From Myxococcota bacterium (GTDB lineage Bacteria; Myxococcota; Kuafuiibacteriia; Kuafuiibacteriales; Kuafuiibacteriaceae), in assembly GCA_039819565.1 (NCBI GenBank), contig JBCBRU010000001.1, positions 4,098-68,097 of the forward strand: 64,000 nt of DNA, given 5' to 3'. The translations under genes and the position numbers were made by a program. Of the stretch, positions 61,532-64,000 are shown piece by piece (positions within the stretch are counted from its first letter, which is position 1; every line of letters starts with the position of its first letter). The notes below the pieces were generated by a model that was given only the letters and a program-made list of their open reading frames with translations, searched no databases and had not been told where the DNA came from.

Positions 61532-62950
61532 GTGCCGGACGTCGACGAACAAACCGTGCTCGTCGTCGACGACGAGGCCAACCTCCGCAAGGTCCTCAGC
61601 GCCCTGCTCCGTCGCGACGGCTTTCGCGTCCTCACCGCTCCCGACGGAGAAGAGGCTTGGGGACTGTTGAGCGATGAGCGGATCGACGTGGTGCTCAGCG
61701 ACCTACGGATGCCGGGGCTCGACGGCATTCAGCTCCTGGAACGCATCAATCACCGATACCGCGGCCTGCCCGTGGTGATGCTGACCGCCCACGGCACCGT
61801 CGACACCGCCGTCGACGCCATGAAGCTGGGCGCTTTCGACTACCTGACCAAGCCCTTTGACCGCGACGAGCTCCGAAACAGCATCGCCAAGGCCGCCGCG
61901 CATGCCCGGCTTCGAGACTCGGAACCGGGCGTTCAGCACGTGGGGCGCGGGAGCCGCTTCGGTATCGTGGGACGCAGCCCCGCGCTCGACGACGTTTTTC
62001 GTACCATCGAGAAGGTCGCGGCCAGCCCCACGACGGTGCTCATCACGGGCGAGTCCGGCACCGGCAAGGAGCTGATCGCCGACGCTCTGCACAGCCAGTC
62101 CCCGCGCGTCGCCAAACCGCTCATCAAGATCAACTGCGCCGCCATTCCCAAGGACCTCATCGAGTCGGAGCTCTTCGGCTACGAGAAGGGAGCCTTTACC
62201 GGGGCCGTGACCAGCAAGCCCGGTCGCTTCGAGCTCGCCCACGAAGGCACCTTGTTCCTGGACGAAATCAACTCGATCCCCCTCGAGATGCAGGTCAAGT
62301 TGCTGCGGGCGCTCCAGTCGGGGACCTTCGAACGGGTGGGCGGCGTGAGCACCACGGCGGTCGACGTCCGACTGGTGGCAGCCAGCAACCGGGACCTGAC
62401 CGCGGAGGTGGCCCAGGGGCGCTTTCGCGAAGACCTCTTCTATCGGCTCAACGTCGTGCACATTCATCTTCCCCCGCTTCGTGAGCGTCGGGACGATCTG
62501 CGGCTGCTGGTCGAGCGCTTCGTCGAGAAGTTCAACGCCCGCCTCGGAAAGCAGGTGCGGGGGGTTACGGAGGCCGCCTTCGAGCGCTTCATGAGCTACG
62601 ACTGGCCCGGCAACATCCGCGAGCTCGAGAACGTCATCGAACGAGCCGTGCTCTTTGCCGAGGACGAAGAGATCACCGAGGACGAGCTCCCCAACGCGCT
62701 CCGAGACCTCACCCCGACCCCTGAGGCTCGCCTCGAAACCGTCGATGGCGGCGCACGCGAGCCCCCCGTCGGGCCCCTCAAGGAGATCGTTCGGCGCCAC
62801 ACCCACTCCCTCGAGCGCGATCTCATCGGCCGTGCCCTTCGAGAGACGGGCGGCAACGTGACCAAAGCGGCACGGCGCCTCGAGATCTCGCGCAAGAGCC
62901 TGCAGAACAAAATGAAGGACTTCGGTCTTCGGTCGGATGACGAGGACTAG
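61532..62950 (+). CDS. sigma-54-dependent two-component response regulator (NtrC family)
   Basis: GTG 61532. Receiver VLVVDDEANLR...DVVLSDLRMPGLDG. AAA+ ITGESGTGKELIA, ESELFGYEKGAFTGA, GTLFLDEI. Fis HTH GGNVTKAARRLEISRKSLQNKMKDFGL. Confidence 0.93.
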   Translation: MPDVDEQTVLVVDDEANLRKVLSALLRRDGFRVLTAPDGEEAWGLLSDERIDVVLSDLRMPGLDGIQLLERINHRYRGLPVVMLTAHGTVDTAVDAMKLGAFDYLTKPFDRDELRNSIAKAAAHARLRDSEPGVQHVGRGSRFGIVGRSPALDDVFRTIEKVAASPTTVLITGESGTGKELIADALHSQSPRVAKPLIKINCAAIPKDLIESELFGYEKGAFTGAVTSKPGRFELAHEGTLFLDEINSIPLEMQVKLLRALQSGTFERVGGVSTTAVDVRLVAASNRDLTAEVAQGRFREDLFYRLNVVHIHLPPLRERRDDLRLLVERFVEKFNARLGKQVRGVTEAAFERFMSYDWPGNIRELENVIERAVLFAEDEEITEDELPNALRDLTPTPEARLETVDGGAREPPVGPLKEIVRRHTHSLERDLIGRALRETGGNVTKAARRLEISRKSLQNKMKDFGLRSDDED

Positions 62951-63063
62951 CGCACACTTCCCTAAGGGCTTAGCGAAGCCTGGCTCCGGTTCCGAAGGGC
63001 GCGGCCGCTCCCCACGACGCCGCTTCGGTTGACGGCGCGGGCATGGGGCGGGACACGCATCGC

Positions 63064-63894
63064 ATGAGCACATCGGCTCTCGTCGAGCTCGCCCTGGCCG
63101 AGGACATCGGCCCTGGCGATCTCACCTCCGCCCTCATCCCCGCCGATCACCAAGGTCGAGCCGTCCTCCTCGCCAAGACCTCACTCGTCTTTTCGGGGAG
63201 CGAAGTCTTCGAGATGGTGTTCAGCCAGGTCGACCCGTCGGTGCAAGTCCGATTTCACCATAGCGACGGGGCTAGCCTCGAGCCGGGGACCGAGGTGGCT
63301 GAAGTCACGGGCCCCACGCGAAGCCTCCTAATCGGCGAGCGAACCGCCCTCAATTTCGTGCAGCGACTCTCCGGCGTCGCGACCATGGCTCGGGCCGCTT
63401 CTTCGGCCGTCTCAGGCTCTCGAGCTCGAGTCGTCGACACCCGTAAAACCACCCCGGGGTTTCGGGTTCTGGAGAAGGCGGCGGTCGTGCACGGAGGGGC
63501 AGCGAACCACCGTTTCGGGCTCTTCGACGGCGTGATGGTCAAGGACAACCATGTCGACGCGATGGGAGGCATCGGGCCCGCGGTGGCCGCAGCCCGGCGC
63601 GTGGCCCACCACCTCGTCAAGATCGAGGTCGAAGTCCGCAGTCTGGCCGAGCTCGATGCCGCCCTGGAGGCGAGGGCCGACGTCGTCTTGCTCGACAACA
63701 TGGACGACGCGACCCTGCGCGCCGCCGTCGAGAAGAACCGCGGCGCGGAGCGTCCGGCCGTTCTGGAGGCTTCAGGTGGCGTCACCCTCGAGCGACTCCC
63801 CGACCTCGCGGACACGGGGGTGGATCTCATCTCCATGGGAGCCCTCACCCACAGCGCTCCGGCCGCCGACCTCTCTCTCAAGTATCGCTCGTGA
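63064..63894 (+). CDS. nadC: nicotinate-nucleotide pyrophosphorylase (carboxylating), quinolinate phosphoribosyltransferase
   Basis: ALAEDIGPGDLTS, ERTALNFVQRLSG, VVDTRKTTPGFRVLEKAAVVHGGAANHRFGL, MVKDNH and GVDLISMGALTHSAP are typical NadC blocks. Confidence 0.92.
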   Translation: MSTSALVELALAEDIGPGDLTSALIPADHQGRAVLLAKTSLVFSGSEVFEMVFSQVDPSVQVRFHHSDGASLEPGTEVAEVTGPTRSLLIGERTALNFVQRLSGVATMARAASSAVSGSRARVVDTRKTTPGFRVLEKAAVVHGGAANHRFGLFDGVMVKDNHVDAMGGIGPAVAAARRVAHHLVKIEVEVRSLAELDAALEARADVVLLDNMDDATLRAAVEKNRGAERPAVLEASGGVTLERLPDLADTGVDLISMGALTHSAPAADLSLKYRS

Positions 63895-64000
63895 CTCGGC
63901 TCAGCTTCGCTCTGGAACACCACGCAACCTTGCCCAGCACCAATGACCGAGCGCTCGCTCGGGCGCGTGAGGGCGCCACCGAAGGTCTCGTGGTGCTGGC
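63891..64000 (+). CDS. birA: biotin--[acetyl-CoA-carboxylase] ligase, N-terminal fragment (continues beyond window)
   Basis: GTGA overlap with the nadC stop. VTRLSFALEHHATLPSTNDRALARAREGATEGLVVLA matches the BirA catalytic-domain N-terminus pattern (LxSTNxxA...GA.eG.vv.A). Only 36 aa are visible. Confidence 0.6.
   Translation, partial: MTRLSFALEHHATLPSTNDRALARAREGATEGLVVL

Noticed and set aside
1-64000. CRISPR arrays, tandem repeats, IS elements, prophage or defence islands
   Set aside because: Reading through both strands, I found no regularly spaced direct repeats and no Cas-like, transposase, integrase, restriction-modification, toxin-antitoxin or abortive-infection-like products. The only repetitiveness is protein-level low complexity (coiled coil, PDxG linkers, AKKKAP tail).

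Overview
High-GC bacterial chromosomal segment. Its style suggests a Myxococcota-like deltaproteobacterium (inference): many lipoproteins with a lipobox followed by Pro/Asp/Gly linkers, several FHA domains, sigma-54 enhancer-binding proteins, a giant coiled-coil protein, frequent GTG starts and 4-nt ATGA/GTGA gene overlaps. I can support about 54 protein-coding genes, two tRNAs (Arg-CCG, Cys-GCA) and one strong intrinsic terminator. The backbone is housekeeping: ruvCAB, pheST-merR-ihfA, recG, greA, H+-pyrophosphatase, psd, bcp, nadC, birA, an M16 peptidase pair, an S8 protease and a tandem amidohydrolase pair. I saw no CRISPR array, transposase, integrase, phage genes or recognisable defence-system genes, so this is a core region rather than an obvious accessory island. 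Four things deserve a second look. (1) A JAMM/MPN+ metalloprotease is fused to a catalytically degenerate ATP-sulfurylase-like module. (2) That gene is translationally coupled (ATGA overlap) to a 1778-aa protein made of a degenerate methyltransferase-like head and about 1500 aa of coiled coil, ending in ...RLGG-RS. (3) A roughly 0.5 kb ORF-poor, lower-GC, hairpin-rich segment (57.08-57.59 kb) ends in a near-perfect terminator 21 nt before a TVP38/DedA-type membrane gene; this is a candidate ncRNA or riboswitch-type leader that I cannot assign to a known family by eye. (4) Several enzyme-family members have lost their catalytic motifs, and some fusions are unusual (a Bcp peroxiredoxin with a histone-H1-like Lys/Ala/Pro tail; an S8 protease with a polytopic membrane tail). 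All functional calls rest on motif recognition by eye in the supplied translations; no database search was run.
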